A stretch of DNA of 53,757 bases from an uncultured Planctomycetia bacterium (GTDB lineage: Bacteria > Omnitrophota > Gorgyraeia > Gorgyraeales > Gorgyraeaceae), in the NCBI GenBank assembly GCA_964652265.1, contig CAZZAL010000006.1, positions 1 to 53,757 of the forward strand. The letters are read 5' to 3'. Under the pieces are notes generated by a model. The model searched no databases and was not told the DNA's origin. It worked only from the letters and a program-made list of their open reading frames with translations. A program made the translations under genes and the position numbers. Shown in pieces: positions 37,423 to 49,521 of this stretch; within the stretch, counting starts at the first letter, position 1; every line of letters begins with the position of its first letter.

Positions 37423-38508
37423 TTACTTATGGAATAAGTTTGATATCTTATCGAAAATACCGAATCGCATGAAGTCATTGTAAAAGACAAACAGCATCAA
37501 ACCTATGATCAAAAACAGCCCTATCTGAGTGATGTTCTCCTGCAATTTATACGAAAGCGGCCTCTTTCGTACCTTCTCTATAACCAGGAACAACAAATGT
37601 CCACCATCCAGGATCGGAAGCGGCAGGAGGTTAAATATGGCAAGCGAAGCGCTTATTACGCCCATTAACTGCAAAAGATATACAAGACCCAATCTCGCTG
37701 CCTGCCCTGTTATATAAAATATACCGATCGGACCAGTTACGGATTCTTTAAAAGGGACCCTGCCTGTAATACTTGCCCACAGCGCGCGATACGTAATATA
37801 GGTAAGGTCTATTAATTTCCTGGCGCCCATATAAAATGATTTTCCTATCCCATACTTTACATACACTATATCATTTTCAGGCATAATGCCTATGAGGCCT
37901 ACTCTCTTCTTTGAACCAAAGATCGTCTTCATCTCCTTTTGTTTTGGTCTTACCTCTAGATCTATAATATCGCCTTTTCTTTCAATGAGGAGTCTAATCC
38001 GGGTTTCTTCATTGGTATGGATGATCCTTGTCACATCATCCCAATAATTTACACGCTCTCCATTTATCTCCAAGATCTTGTCCCCTGCGATCATCCCTGA
38101 GGCTGCAGCTGGGTAATCAGGCATGACCTTCCCTATAGTCGATGTTAATGTCGGGGATCCTGCGATAAAAACAAATGAAAAAATGAAAAAAGCCAAAAGG
38201 TAATTCAGTAAAGGTCCTGCAAAGATTATCCTTGCACGCTCTCCGACCGCACGCGAGAGATATTCCCACTTCTCTCCTTTGATACCGTCTTCTGGTGTCT
38301 CGCCTGAAAGCTTTATATATCCTCCTAAAGGTATAAGTGAGATCAAATACCGCGTGCCGCCCCTTGAGATACCTAAGATCTCCGGCCCAAATCCAATGGA
38401 AAACTTCTCCACGCGCACACCGGTTCTTTTGGCAACAATAAAATGCCCGAATTCATGCACGATAACTAAAATGCTCAATACACCTATAAAACTAATCGCT
38501 GATAACAC
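37423..38508 (-). CDS. rseP: RIP metalloprotease RseP
   Basis: HEFGH, FSIGFGP, PDZ domain, NLLPLPILDGG. Confidence 0.96.
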   Translation of the reverse strand: MLSAISFIGVLSILVIVHEFGHFIVAKRTGVRVEKFSIGFGPEILGISRGGTRYLISLIPLGGYIKLSGETPEDGIKGEKWEYLSRAVGERARIIFAGPLLNYLLAFFIFSFVFIAGSPTLTSTIGKVMPDYPAAASGMIAGDKILEINGERVNYWDDVTRIIHTNEETRIRLLIERKGDIIDLEVRPKQKEMKTIFGSKKRVGLIGIMPENDIVYVKYGIGKSFYMGARKLIDLTYITYRALWASITGRVPFKESVTGPIGIFYITGQAARLGLVYLLQLMGVISASLAIFNLLPLPILDGGHLLFLVIEKVRKRPLSYKLQENITQIGLFLIIGLMLFVFYNDFMRFGIFDKISNLFHK

Positions 38509-39637
38509 CTAAGCGCTCCTTTGTTTTGTAACGTGCCCACTTATCCGCTTCTAATATATCTCTTAATGCAATATTCCTTGCGGGTCTATGCGATCTTAAT
38601 ACTTTTTCTATGGTCTTTGGTATATCAGTAAATCTGATCCTTCCTTTAAGGAACTCTGCGACGGCTATTTCGTTTGAGGCATTTAAGACCGAAGGGAAAC
38701 TCTGGCCTCTTCTAGCAGCTTCATAGGCAAGATCAAGGCATGGAAACTTTTTAAAATCAGGCTTGTGAAAATGCAATTTCTTTAACTCAGAAAATGCTAT
38801 TCCCTTTACTGGAGAAGGACTTCTTAAAGGATACGTCAGCGCGTATTGGATCGGCATCCTCATATCACATGTACCCATCTGCGCCAGTATAGAGCCATCG
38901 AGGAATTCCACCATTGAATGTACAACTGTCTCAGGATGAATCACGACATTGATCCTATCGACTCCGAGCCCGAAAAGGTGGTGCGCCTCAATCACCTCAA
39001 GCCCCTTATTCATCATGGTTGCGGAATCCACAGAGATCTTCTTGCCCATCTTCCATTTTGGATGATTGACTGCCTGAGAAGGGGTTATATTTTTAAAACG
39101 CGCTTTTGGAGTTCCAAGGAACGGGCCTCCTGATCCTGTAAGATAGATATTTTTTACCTGTCGGGCATCGCTGGGGGCTATACATTGAAAAATGGCATTG
39201 TGCTCGCTATCAACAGGCAATATCTTTACGCCTCTCCTGGCCGCCCTTTTCATAATAATATCGCCTGCCATGACAAGCGCTTCTTTATTTGCAAGGGCGA
39301 TCCTTTTTACATTAGGTAGTGCCTTTAAAATAGGTAGGAGCGCAGATGAGCCTACTATGCCGACAATAAGTATATCTACCCTTACTTCCTCTACCATTCT
39401 GCATAAACCTTCTTCTCCTTCATACTTCCGGGCTTTACCTTTAAATCTCCTTGCCTTATCTCTATTAACTACACAAATAGCCTTTGGCTTAAATCTCTTT
39501 ACCTGTCGCTCTAGCAATCCTATATTAGAGTTGGTAGAAAGCGCTGCTACCTCGAAATCATCTGAAAACCTTGCGATGACATCAAGCGCACTAGTACCTA
39601 TTGATCCTGTTGAGCCTAAAATCGCTACTCTCTGCAT
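38492..39637 (-). CDS. dxr: 1-deoxy-D-xylulose-5-phosphate reductoisomerase
   Basis: LGSTGSIG, LANKE, PVDSEH, HPKWKMG.KIS.DSATMMNKGLE. Confidence 0.98.
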   Translation of the reverse strand: MQRVAILGSTGSIGTSALDVIARFSDDFEVAALSTNSNIGLLERQVKRFKPKAICVVNRDKARRFKGKARKYEGEEGLCRMVEEVRVDILIVGIVGSSALLPILKALPNVKRIALANKEALVMAGDIIMKRAARRGVKILPVDSEHNAIFQCIAPSDARQVKNIYLTGSGGPFLGTPKARFKNITPSQAVNHPKWKMGKKISVDSATMMNKGLEVIEAHHLFGLGVDRINVVIHPETVVHSMVEFLDGSILAQMGTCDMRMPIQYALTYPLRSPSPVKGIAFSELKKLHFHKPDFKKFPCLDLAYEAARRGQSFPSVLNASNEIAVAEFLKGRIRFTDIPKTIEKVLRSHRPARNIALRDILEADKWARYKTKERLGVISD

Positions 39638-39644
39638 ACACTCC

Positions 39645-40445
39645 TTACATAATAAAGATTAGATATATGTAAAAAATTGGGGCAGTGAAAAGTATACTAT
39701 CTATCACATCCAGCATCCCGCCCAGGCCTGGAAGAAAAAGGCTCGAATCCTTTACGCGGTAATCGCGCTTTACGAGGCTCTCAGCCAGGTCCCCAAGCTG
39801 CGCAAATACCCCGATCAAGACTCCGCTTATGAGTATAACCTTAAAAGACATCCAGCCTAGGTATGACTTGCTTATCAAGGCAAATGCTATGCTGAATAAA
39901 AACCCGCCAACAGCGCCTTCAACTGATTTCTTAGGGCTTATCCTTGGTATAAGCGCGTGCTTTCCGAATTTCGAACCCACCAGATACGCGCCAATGTCTC
40001 CTGCCTTTGTCACCAATAATAAATACGCCACTAGCTTGTGCCCGTCTTGTAAAAAACGTATCTTTACAAGAAATGTAAAAAACCAGCCTATGTAGAAAAT
40101 ACCGAAAAGAGTCAGGGCAATCAGGACCACTGCATTTTGATTTTCTTTTCTCGTAAACTGTATTATGAAAAGTGATATAAGAACAATAATAAAAAATAAC
40201 GCTTCCCACAGGCCTCCCGTAGGCCTGAGAAAATGCGTGATATAAGGCAAAAGTATTCCTGAAAACATTCCCAGATATACAAAGCTGGGCGGGAAGACAT
40301 TTTTAGAGTCCAGACGGAAAAATTCATAAAGGCCCAAGGCAATAAATACCGATACAACAATACTAAATGTCCATATCGGCAAAAGAAATATGACACAGAT
40401 GACAGAAGATATCAAAACTGTTGAAGTGATTGTGCGTTTAACCAT
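39645..40445 (-). CDS. cdsA: Phosphatidate cytidylyltransferase
   Basis: Polytopic membrane protein; ISPKKSVEG, GDLAES..KR...KDS..PG.GG.LD..DS. Confidence 0.95.
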   Translation of the reverse strand: MVKRTITSTVLISSVICVIFLLPIWTFSIVVSVFIALGLYEFFRLDSKNVFPPSFVYLGMFSGILLPYITHFLRPTGGLWEALFFIIVLISLFIIQFTRKENQNAVVLIALTLFGIFYIGWFFTFLVKIRFLQDGHKLVAYLLLVTKAGDIGAYLVGSKFGKHALIPRISPKKSVEGAVGGFLFSIAFALISKSYLGWMSFKVILISGVLIGVFAQLGDLAESLVKRDYRVKDSSLFLPGLGGMLDVIDSILFTAPIFYIYLIFIM

Positions 40446-40462
40446 CTCTTCTTTCTAGCGGT

Positions 40463-41158
40463 CTACTTACCAAATCTTCTTTCTCTTTTCTGGTATTCCT
40501 CGATCGCCTTCGCTAACTCTCTTTCGCCAAAATCAGGCCAGAGCTTCGGTGTTACATATATCTCGCTATATGAAATCTGCCACAATAAAAAATTAGACAC
40601 ACGCATTTCGCCGCTCGTACGTATCAAAAGCTCTGGATCTGGACAATCTCTTGTATAAAGGTATCTGGAAAAAACCTTCTCATCTATGGTTTCAGGATCA
40701 ATCGTGCCTTTCTTTGCCTCTCCTGATAAAACCCGTACTGCATTAAGGATCTCCTGTCTCGAACCATAGCTTAAAGCGATATTCAATGTAAGTTTATTGT
40801 AATCTTTTGTATCTCCCTCGAGCTTCTCTATTATCTTTATTAATACCGGAGATATTCTATTCCTCTCTCCTATAATACACACCCTCACATTGTTATCATG
40901 AAAAATCTGAGACTCTTTCTTTATAAAATCCTTCAACAATTTAAAAAGAACTCTTATCTCATCTTTTGGCCGCTGCCAATTTTCAGTAGAAAATGCGTAA
41001 AGCGTAAGATACTTTACTCCGAATTTTATGCAGGCCCTTGTTATATTCTTTACAGACTCCACGCCCTGTTTGTGGCCCATTATCTTGGGCAGACCTCTTT
41101 TTTTTGCCCACCGGCCATTCCCATCCATTATTATTGCTATATGCTGTGGTATTTTCAT
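40463..41158 (-). CDS. uppS: Undecaprenyl diphosphate synthase
   Basis: HIAIIMDGNGRWA, YAFSTENW, IRTSGE.R.SNFLLWQ, RRFG. Confidence 0.97.
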   Translation of the reverse strand: MKIPQHIAIIMDGNGRWAKKRGLPKIMGHKQGVESVKNITRACIKFGVKYLTLYAFSTENWQRPKDEIRVLFKLLKDFIKKESQIFHDNNVRVCIIGERNRISPVLIKIIEKLEGDTKDYNKLTLNIALSYGSRQEILNAVRVLSGEAKKGTIDPETIDEKVFSRYLYTRDCPDPELLIRTSGEMRVSNFLLWQISYSEIYVTPKLWPDFGERELAKAIEEYQKRERRFGK

Positions 41159-41168
41159 TCTGGTCTAT

Positions 41169-41213
41169 AAAAAAACGCGAATGCCTTTACGAAAAAGTAC
41201 GATTCGCGTTTTT
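41169..41213 (-). terminator. Terminator-like hairpin between the OmpA-family gene and uppS
   Basis: AAAAACGCGAAT / ATTCGCGTTTTT inverted repeat (41171-41182 / 41202-41213) with a U tract on either strand. Confidence 0.55.
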
Positions 41214-41242
41214 CTACCCATGGCTTTTCAATGCGTCTAATA

Positions 41243-41974
41243 TTATTTCTTGTATTTCTTTAAGCGCCTCTGGATCTTTTTCTTTCTCTCCGTTATCTTG
41301 TCGATATCAGCCTGTATCCTTTCCATATCTTTTGGGAGGATTACTATCTCAACGCGCCTGTTTTGCCTACGATTTTCAGGTGTGTCGTTAGATACTACAG
41401 GTTTATACTGACCTCTGCCGATAGCAGATACCTTTTCCGGATTAATCCCTTTTTCATCTACTATATAATGCAGGACACTGGTCGCCCTTGCTGTCGAAAG
41501 TTCCCAGTTGGATTTCCAACCAGAATACTTTATCGGCTCATTATCCGTATGACCTTCTATACCTATGTCTCTGCCTGATAGATTTTCTTTAAGTACCTTT
41601 GTAACCTTATCTAATGGCTTCAGGGCGTCTTCTTTTATATCAGCCTTTCCGGAATCAAAGAGCACCTCTGCCAAAAATATAATCGCAAGGCCCCTCTCAG
41701 CCATCTCAAGCCGCACCTCTTTAGCACCTATCTCTTTCTTTAGTTGCTTTTCAAGAAGCTTTTTTGCCTTCTCAAGCTCAGATACCTCATCACTCTTTGC
41801 CTGCTCGAGCTGAGCCAACCTGGCATTCATTGCCTCGATCTCGTATTCGAGCGACTCGATCTTCTCCATGTCGCTTCGCCTGCCCTTTTGAATCGTTATA
41901 GAGCATCCGGAGATCGCAACACAAAGAAAAATTATTAACAGTACTGATAAAACGTGCATTTTTTTGTGCTTCAT
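41243..41974 (-). CDS. OmpA/MotB-family peptidoglycan-binding lipoprotein with coiled coil
   Basis: Lipobox ISGC, coiled coil, LFDSGKA, IEGHTDN, NWELSTARA, NRRVEI. Confidence 0.85.
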   Translation of the reverse strand: MKHKKMHVLSVLLIIFLCVAISGCSITIQKGRRSDMEKIESLEYEIEAMNARLAQLEQAKSDEVSELEKAKKLLEKQLKKEIGAKEVRLEMAERGLAIIFLAEVLFDSGKADIKEDALKPLDKVTKVLKENLSGRDIGIEGHTDNEPIKYSGWKSNWELSTARATSVLHYIVDEKGINPEKVSAIGRGQYKPVVSNDTPENRRQNRRVEIVILPKDMERIQADIDKITERKKKIQRRLKKYKK

Positions 41975-41996
41975 ACAAACCTCCTGTTTTTTATTT

Positions 41997-42025
41997 ACTA
42001 TAATACTCTACCTGTTTAAAGTCAA
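41997..42025 (-). promoter_or_regulatory. Sigma70-type promoter upstream of the OmpA-family gene
   Basis: TTGACT (42025-42020), 17 nt spacer, TATAGT (42002-41997); AGGAGG RBS downstream. Confidence 0.6.
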
Positions 42026-42036
42026 GTATTTTCAGC

Positions 42037-44127
42037 TCATTTAAAGAGCGTGTTCGATATTATAAAAGATGCAAAGACAATGGAGACCATTGACATCAGC
42101 TTTATAAGGATGTTCAAAGACGGGCCTGATGTATCCTTAAATGGGTCCCCTACAGTATCACCCACAACAGCTGCCTTGTGAGCCGGTGAGCCCTTGCCCC
42201 CTTCTGCACCACTCTCGATGTATTTTTTGGCATTGTCCCATGCACCGCCTGAATTCGCCATCATGATCGCCAGGACAAACCCAGAAACAAGCGCTCCTAT
42301 TAAAAGTCCTGCTCCTGCCTCTATGCCTATTAAAAGCCCTACCGCGATCGGAGCGAGTATCGCTAAAAGCGACGGGAGTATCATCTCTTTCTGCGCGCTT
42401 TTTGTTACAATAGTAACGCACTTTGCATAATCTGGTTTTTCTCTGCCTTCCATCAAACCCTTTATCTCTCTAAATTGTCTTCTTACCTCCACGACAATGC
42501 CTGATGCAGCCCTGCCTACTGCGCTCATCGTAAGTGAACAAAACGCAAACGGCAGCATACCTCCTATAAAAAGACCTGCCAGAAGTCTCGGATTCATCAA
42601 ATCTGTATCTATCGGTCTACCTAACAAATGCATGTGTTCTTTGTAAGCAGCTATCAACGCAAGGGCTGAAAGAGCGGCAGAACCTATTGCAAAACCTTTG
42701 CCAGTGGCTGCCGTAGTGTTTCCGAGCGTATCAAGCGCGTCCGTACGACGTCGTACCTCTGGTTTTTGACGCGTCATCTCTGCATTGCCTCCTGCATTGT
42801 CTGCAACAGGACCATACGCGTCTGTTGCAAGCGTAATGCCCAGTGTGCTCAGCATGCCGACTGCAGATATGCCGATCCCGTAAAGCCCGAGGTTAAAATC
42901 TGTCGCCCCACCTGAAAGATAAAAACTCGCAAGTATTGCAGCCACAACAGCCAGGACCGGCACTATTGTGGAAATCATGCCGACAGATAATCCACCTATG
43001 ATCACTGTAGCTGGTCCTGTAAGCGTAGACCTTGCCACTCCTTGCGTCGGAGGATATTTATCTGAAGTAAAAAACTCTGTTGAAAGACCTATTATAATAC
43101 CAGCCAGGAGCCCTGAAAAAACAGCCCAGTACACACCTATAAATTCTACGCCGAGCACAAATTTTATAACAAAATAAGAGCTGACAGCTACGAGAAGAGC
43201 ACTTGTAAAAACACCTTTTCTGAGCGCCATAAGAAGCTCTTTCTGGTCTGCCTTTTCTTTTGACCGCACAAAAAACGTACCAATCACACTTGCCAGGACT
43301 CCAACAGCTGCCATTACAAGAGGAACAGTAATACCCTTTAAACTTTTTCCATAATTCATGAAAGCAGCTGATCCAAGCGCCATTGTAGCAACAATGGCGC
43401 CAACATATGACTCGTATAAATCAGCACCCATTCCTGCAACGTCTCCAACGTTATCACCGACATTATCAGCTATTACCGCAGGATTGCGCGGGTCGTCTTC
43501 CGGGATACCTGCTTCGACTTTACCCACAAGGTCAGCGCCAACATCTGCTGCCTTTGTAAAAATGCCACCGCCTACCCTTGCAAAAAGCGCCATGAAACTC
43601 GCACCCATACCAAAGTTCAGCATCGTACTCGTGATATTTTGAATCCTTACAACCTCATCAAGCCCGCGATAATACCAGCTCAAGAAATAATACCATGCGC
43701 TCAGGTCCAAAAGCCCCAGGCCAACAACCATGAGGCCCATTACTGCGCCGCTTGAAAAAGCAACCTGAAGGGCGCTGTTTAAGCTGTGCCTTGCAGCGTT
43801 AGTAGTCCTGGCACTCGAACGCGTAGAAACGCTCATGCCTATAAATCCGCAAAGACCTGAGAAGAGCCCGCCTGTCAAAAACGCAAACGGCACAAATATT
43901 ATAAGATAACCTCTTAAATATAATAAAAATAGAACAGAAAACACAACTGCAAAAAATATACCTACTATCAAATACTGCCTTTTAATATAAGCATAAGCAC
44001 CTTCTCTTACCCATGTCGCTATCTCTTTCATCTCAGCCGTGCCTTCATCATAGCGCATTATCTTCCAGATAAGAAAAATCGCAAAAACTATAGCTACAAG
44101 CGAGCATAAAGGTGCCAAAAATAACAT
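42037..44127 (-). CDS. hppA: Membrane-bound ion-translocating pyrophosphatase, K+-dependent type
   Basis: [51 protein letters not shown]; GNTTAA (Ala rather than Lys) indicates K+ dependence. Na+ versus H+ specificity was not resolved. Confidence 0.96.
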   Translation of the reverse strand: MLFLAPLCSLVAIVFAIFLIWKIMRYDEGTAEMKEIATWVREGAYAYIKRQYLIVGIFFAVVFSVLFLLYLRGYLIIFVPFAFLTGGLFSGLCGFIGMSVSTRSSARTTNAARHSLNSALQVAFSSGAVMGLMVVGLGLLDLSAWYYFLSWYYRGLDEVVRIQNITSTMLNFGMGASFMALFARVGGGIFTKAADVGADLVGKVEAGIPEDDPRNPAVIADNVGDNVGDVAGMGADLYESYVGAIVATMALGSAAFMNYGKSLKGITVPLVMAAVGVLASVIGTFFVRSKEKADQKELLMALRKGVFTSALLVAVSSYFVIKFVLGVEFIGVYWAVFSGLLAGIIIGLSTEFFTSDKYPPTQGVARSTLTGPATVIIGGLSVGMISTIVPVLAVVAAILASFYLSGGATDFNLGLYGIGISAVGMLSTLGITLATDAYGPVADNAGGNAEMTRQKPEVRRRTDALDTLGNTTAATGKGFAIGSAALSALALIAAYKEHMHLLGRPIDTDLMNPRLLAGLFIGGMLPFAFCSLTMSAVGRAASGIVVEVRRQFREIKGLMEGREKPDYAKCVTIVTKSAQKEMILPSLLAILAPIAVGLLIGIEAGAGLLIGALVSGFVLAIMMANSGGAWDNAKKYIESGAEGGKGSPAHKAAVVGDTVGDPFKDTSGPSLNILIKLMSMVSIVFASFIISNTLFK

Positions 44128-44157
44128 CTATCTTTCCCTTTCTACTTGAAAAAACAT

Positions 44158-45423
<1,266 letters not shown>

Positions 45424-45451
45424 CTAAATCTTCAATGTAAGATCCGGGAAG

Positions 45452-46690
45452 TTATGGCTCCATCGTAAAAATCTTTTTCGCTATATCTGGAAATCTCGCT
45501 ATAAATCTAAGCTCGTCGTGAGTAAGCGGCTGCTGGGTATGCACATTAGCATACCTAACAAGTTCAAGGATATTGGCAGCTTCTTTTTTATCTTTGAATT
45601 TCAGCTCTAGCCTCTCATAGACGTTTCTAAAACCTTTGATGCCGCTATATTCGCCTGCAGTAATCTGTCTGCCAGTCTCAATAATCTCTGCCTCGCCTCT
45701 TCCTAGCTCCTCAAAATCATACAATTCATAATTACGCCTGTTTTTTAAGGCGCCGTCGGCATGGATACCTGACTCATGAGCAAAGGCATTCGCTCCCACC
45801 CCCGGCTGATTTACCGGTATGGGCACCTTGAACGCATACGAGGCATACTTTGCAATCTTCCATGCGTGATCCAGCTTGATCTTCTCGTCAAGAGAGTATT
45901 TTCCCTTAAAACCGCTCGAATATTTAAGGGCAAGAAGCACAGAAACCAGATCAGCATTCCCAGCCCTTTCGCCCATGCCATTAACAGTAGTATTTATATA
46001 TGCATCACAGCCAGCGTCAACCGCTGCCTTTGCCCCTGCTATCGAACACGCCACCACCATAGAAAGGTCATTGTGGCAGTGAAGCTCTATGGGAAGCATT
46101 ACTTCACTTGCCAAAATCCTCACCCTCTTGTAAATAGTAAACGGGTCATCGTATCCTAGTGTATCGCAGTATCTAATCCTGTCCGCGCCATGATCTTTTG
46201 CTGCCTTTGCAAATTTTATGAGAAAAGGCATATCAGTCCTTGAGGCATCCTCTGCATTCACGCCGATTATCTTTAATTTTCTTCTTTTTCTCGCATAATC
46301 CAAGGCCTGGATCATCATGCTCAAAACATCATCCCTGGTCTTTTTCCCAAGAAATTTGCCTTTGGTCATCTGCTCAGACGTTGAGATGGAAAGATTGAGG
46401 TTTTCGACATCTGTCAGCTCGAGTGCTGTTTTTACGTCTTCCTTGATAGCCCTCACCCAGCCATTCAGCGTAATGGGCTTTAAAACACCTTTACGCGCAA
46501 GTTCCAGGTTTGCATTTAAATAATTTGTCTCATGGTGAGTCACGGGAAAGCCAAACTCGCTTCCAAAAACACCCATCTCGTTCAACAAAATATTCATTAT
46601 GGTCTTTTGTAGCTTCGCAAGGCCCAGCCTCGAAGTCTGCACCCCGTCCCTGTTTGTCACATCAATAATATAGATCTTGTTCTTCTTCAT
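45452..46690 (-). CDS. Homocitrate-synthase-like DRE-TIM metallolyase (NifV/LeuA/Re-citrate synthase family)
   Basis: DVTNRDGVQ, EDASR, HCHND, GMGERAGNA, FAHESGIH.DG; no LeuA regulatory domain. Confidence 0.85.
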   Translation of the reverse strand: MKKNKIYIIDVTNRDGVQTSRLGLAKLQKTIMNILLNEMGVFGSEFGFPVTHHETNYLNANLELARKGVLKPITLNGWVRAIKEDVKTALELTDVENLNLSISTSEQMTKGKFLGKKTRDDVLSMMIQALDYARKRRKLKIIGVNAEDASRTDMPFLIKFAKAAKDHGADRIRYCDTLGYDDPFTIYKRVRILASEVMLPIELHCHNDLSMVVACSIAGAKAAVDAGCDAYINTTVNGMGERAGNADLVSVLLALKYSSGFKGKYSLDEKIKLDHAWKIAKYASYAFKVPIPVNQPGVGANAFAHESGIHADGALKNRRNYELYDFEELGRGEAEIIETGRQITAGEYSGIKGFRNVYERLELKFKDKKEAANILELVRYANVHTQQPLTHDELRFIARFPDIAKKIFTMEP

Positions 46691-46752
46691 ACTCACCTCG
46701 CAAAATAACTTGGCGCTTTCAGAAACACCAAAAGCCTCAAGTCAGCTAAATA

Positions 46753-48336
46753 CTACAACTTTATCAATTTCGCATCCAGGATATTCTTTACCTTCCTTAT
46801 CTCATCGAGTACCTTTTCAGATACCGCGCTATCGATATTCAGAACAGACAATGTCTTTCCGCCCTCTTTTTCCCTGCCAAACGTCATCGCCGCGATATTG
46901 ACACCGCTGTTTCCTAGGATCGTGCCCATCCGTCCTATAATCCCGGGCACATCTATATTGTGCGCGACTATCATGTAACCTTGCGGGATAGCATCCACGT
47001 GAAACTGGTCTATCTTGACGATCCTCGCATCTTTTTTTGTAAACAATGTGCCCATGACAGACCTGGTGCCTTTATCAGTTTTTACTTCCACCGTAATAAG
47101 ACTCGTGTACTCTTCCAGCTCCATGGTTTTCGACTCTTTTACTTTTATTCCGCGCTCTTTTGCTACAATGAGCGAATTTACATAATTAATAGTGTCCTGC
47201 AGCACTGGTGTAAGCGCACCTTTTACTATTGCAACTGTCAAAGGTGACGCGTTATGCTTGGCAACATCCCCTGAATATTTTATGTCTATCTGTGAAATCC
47301 TTCCCTTGGCGATCTGCGCGACCAAAAGCCCCATTTTTTCACCTAGTTCTACATAGGGATGAAGAATTTTATAAAGCTCGGCATCTATACACGGAACATT
47401 TACCGCGTTTCTTATGCCACAGCCCAAAAGTGCATCTCTTGTACTGTTCGCTATGTCAATAGCCACATTGACCTGAGCCTCTTCCGTCGAGGCACCAAGA
47501 TGCGGAGTAAGTATAACCTTGTCGCATCCGATAAGAGGACTTTCCTTTGGCGGCTCTTTTTCATAGACATCAAATGCCGCGCCTCCGAGTTTTCCGCTCT
47601 TTATGCCTTCGGCCACTGCCGCTTCATCTATAATGCCACCTCTGGCACAATTTACAATCCGCACGCCATCCTTCATCTGGCTTATTGACTTCTTGTTGAT
47701 AATATGCTTTGTCTCACCCGTAAGAGGAGTATGCACTGTTATATAATCCGCTCTTTTGAAAATATCTTTGACCTCGACTGATTCAACTCCAAGCTCTTCT
47801 GCCTTTTCTAGCGAAAGAAACGGGTCATAAGCTATTATTTTCATACCAAAAGAGGCAGCTCGCTTTGCGACCTCAGCTCCGATCCTGCCTAGCCCTATGA
47901 TCCCTAGCACCTTACCGTACAACTCAACTCCCATGAATTTTTTCCGCTCCCAACCACCCTTTTGTGTCGAGGCATCTGCCTGTGGTATATTACGAGAGAG
48001 AGCAAGGATAAGCGACATCGTGTGTTCGGCAGTAGAGATAGTGTTCCCGCCAGGCGTATTCATGACTATAACCCCACGCTTGGAAGCAGCCTCAACGTCA
48101 ACATTGTCAAGCCCGACACCAGCCCTTCCTATTACCTTTAATCTCTCAGCAGCTTCTATTACCTCTTTAGTGACCTTTGTGCCGCTTCTGACCAGAAGCG
48201 CGTCATAATCCTTGATTATCTTTTTCAGCTCTTCGGGCGGAAGCTTGAGCTTCACGTCCACTTTAAACTCTCCTACCTTCCTTAATATCTCTATCCCGTC
48301 TTCTGCCAGAGAATCGCTGATTAATATTTTGAACAT
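46753..48336 (-). CDS. serA: D-3-phosphoglycerate dehydrogenase (long form, ASB+ACT)
   Basis: GRAGVGLDNVD, GLGRIG, NCARGG, TPHLGAST, C-terminal ACT domain. Confidence 0.96.
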   Translation of the reverse strand: MFKILISDSLAEDGIEILRKVGEFKVDVKLKLPPEELKKIIKDYDALLVRSGTKVTKEVIEAAERLKVIGRAGVGLDNVDVEAASKRGVIVMNTPGGNTISTAEHTMSLILALSRNIPQADASTQKGGWERKKFMGVELYGKVLGIIGLGRIGAEVAKRAASFGMKIIAYDPFLSLEKAEELGVESVEVKDIFKRADYITVHTPLTGETKHIINKKSISQMKDGVRIVNCARGGIIDEAAVAEGIKSGKLGGAAFDVYEKEPPKESPLIGCDKVILTPHLGASTEEAQVNVAIDIANSTRDALLGCGIRNAVNVPCIDAELYKILHPYVELGEKMGLLVAQIAKGRISQIDIKYSGDVAKHNASPLTVAIVKGALTPVLQDTINYVNSLIVAKERGIKVKESKTMELEEYTSLITVEVKTDKGTRSVMGTLFTKKDARIVKIDQFHVDAIPQGYMIVAHNIDVPGIIGRMGTILGNSGVNIAAMTFGREKEGGKTLSVLNIDSAVSEKVLDEIRKVKNILDAKLIKL

Positions 48337-48355
48337 ACACACTCTCCTTATATTT

Positions 48356-49486
48356 CTATTTCAATGCTGCCTCGAACGCCTTTACTCCGGCTCCCTTGTC
48401 AAATTTATATCCTGACTCCCCTAAAACCTTTTCCAAGGTCTCTACGCCTGTCTTTAAATCAGCTGCGGTTATGTAACCCATTGTTGCTATGCGAAAGATC
48501 TTACCCTTCACCTGAGCCTGACCTCCTGCCATAGCCACACCATGCGTATCGCGCATTGTCTTTACGAGCTTGGCTCCATCAACCCCCTCAGGTACTCTTA
48601 CAGAAGTAACTGCATCTGAATATGCATCTGGTGCGAAAAGTTCAAGCCCCATGGCCTTCATTGCAGCTCGCACAGCCTGCGCATGCTTTTTATGACGAGC
48701 TATTACGCTATCGATTCCATCTTTCTTGATAATCTTCAATGTCTCGCCTAGACCGATTATAAGGTTTACTGCAGGTGTATAAGGTGTGTCGTTTTTCTCT
48801 ATGGATTTTTTGTGTGCCTTAAAATTAAAATAATATTTTGGAAGACTTGATTTCTCGACCAAGTCCATTGCCTTTTTACTCAAACTTACAAACGCAAGGC
48901 CTGGCGGGATCATCAAACCCTTTTGTGAACCAGAAACCACTACATCAATACCCCACTCATCTGTCTTTAAAGGCACTGCGCCAAGCGCACTTATCGCATC
49001 CACCACTAAAACCGCCTGTGTATTCTTTGTAATATCCGCGATTGCTTTTATGTCGGTCGCGACACCTGTGGATGTTTCACATAAAGTCACATACACTGCC
49101 TTTATCTTATTGTCTTTTTCCAGGATTTTTTTTATCTCCTGCGGATCAACTGCTTTTCCCCACTCCACATCTATCGCAATAAACTCTATCCCGTAAGCAG
49201 CGCATAACTCTCCCCATCTCTCACCGAATTTTCCGCCTCGCACAACTATTGCCTTATCACCTGGGGAAAGAAGACTCACCACGGTCCCTTCCATCGCACC
49301 TGTCCCGCTTGCCGCAAAAATAAGCACATCGTTCTTTGTCTTGAATACATACTTTAGGTTCTCTTCAACTTCCTTTAATATTGCCTGAAACTGCGGTGTC
49401 CTGTGGTGGATTATCGGCCTTGCCATTGCATCAAGCGCTTCAAGCGGTACTGGTGTCGGCCCTGGTGTGAGTAAATAATTTTTCAT
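48356..49486 (-). CDS. Class V aminotransferase (alanine/serine-glyoxylate type; probably phosphoserine aminotransferase role)
   Basis: LTPGPT, SGTGAME, ETSTG, VDAIS, GSQKG; adjacent to serA. Confidence 0.88.
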   Translation of the reverse strand: MKNYLLTPGPTPVPLEALDAMARPIIHHRTPQFQAILKEVEENLKYVFKTKNDVLIFAASGTGAMEGTVVSLLSPGDKAIVVRGGKFGERWGELCAAYGIEFIAIDVEWGKAVDPQEIKKILEKDNKIKAVYVTLCETSTGVATDIKAIADITKNTQAVLVVDAISALGAVPLKTDEWGIDVVVSGSQKGLMIPPGLAFVSLSKKAMDLVEKSSLPKYYFNFKAHKKSIEKNDTPYTPAVNLIIGLGETLKIIKKDGIDSVIARHKKHAQAVRAAMKAMGLELFAPDAYSDAVTSVRVPEGVDGAKLVKTMRDTHGVAMAGGQAQVKGKIFRIATMGYITAADLKTGVETLEKVLGESGYKFDKGAGVKAFEAALK

Positions 49487-49521
49487 GATTCTCCTCTTAT
49501 CTATTCTGTTCTGAGTTAAAG

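Noticed and set aside
41243-41974. Flagellar stator MotB
   Set aside because: It has a lipobox rather than the Asp-containing TM helix, and there is no motA or flagellar neighbour.
46705-46745. Imperfect hairpin between serA and the homocitrate-synthase-like gene
   Set aside because: The stem is mismatched and the U tract short; too weak to call a terminator or riboswitch.
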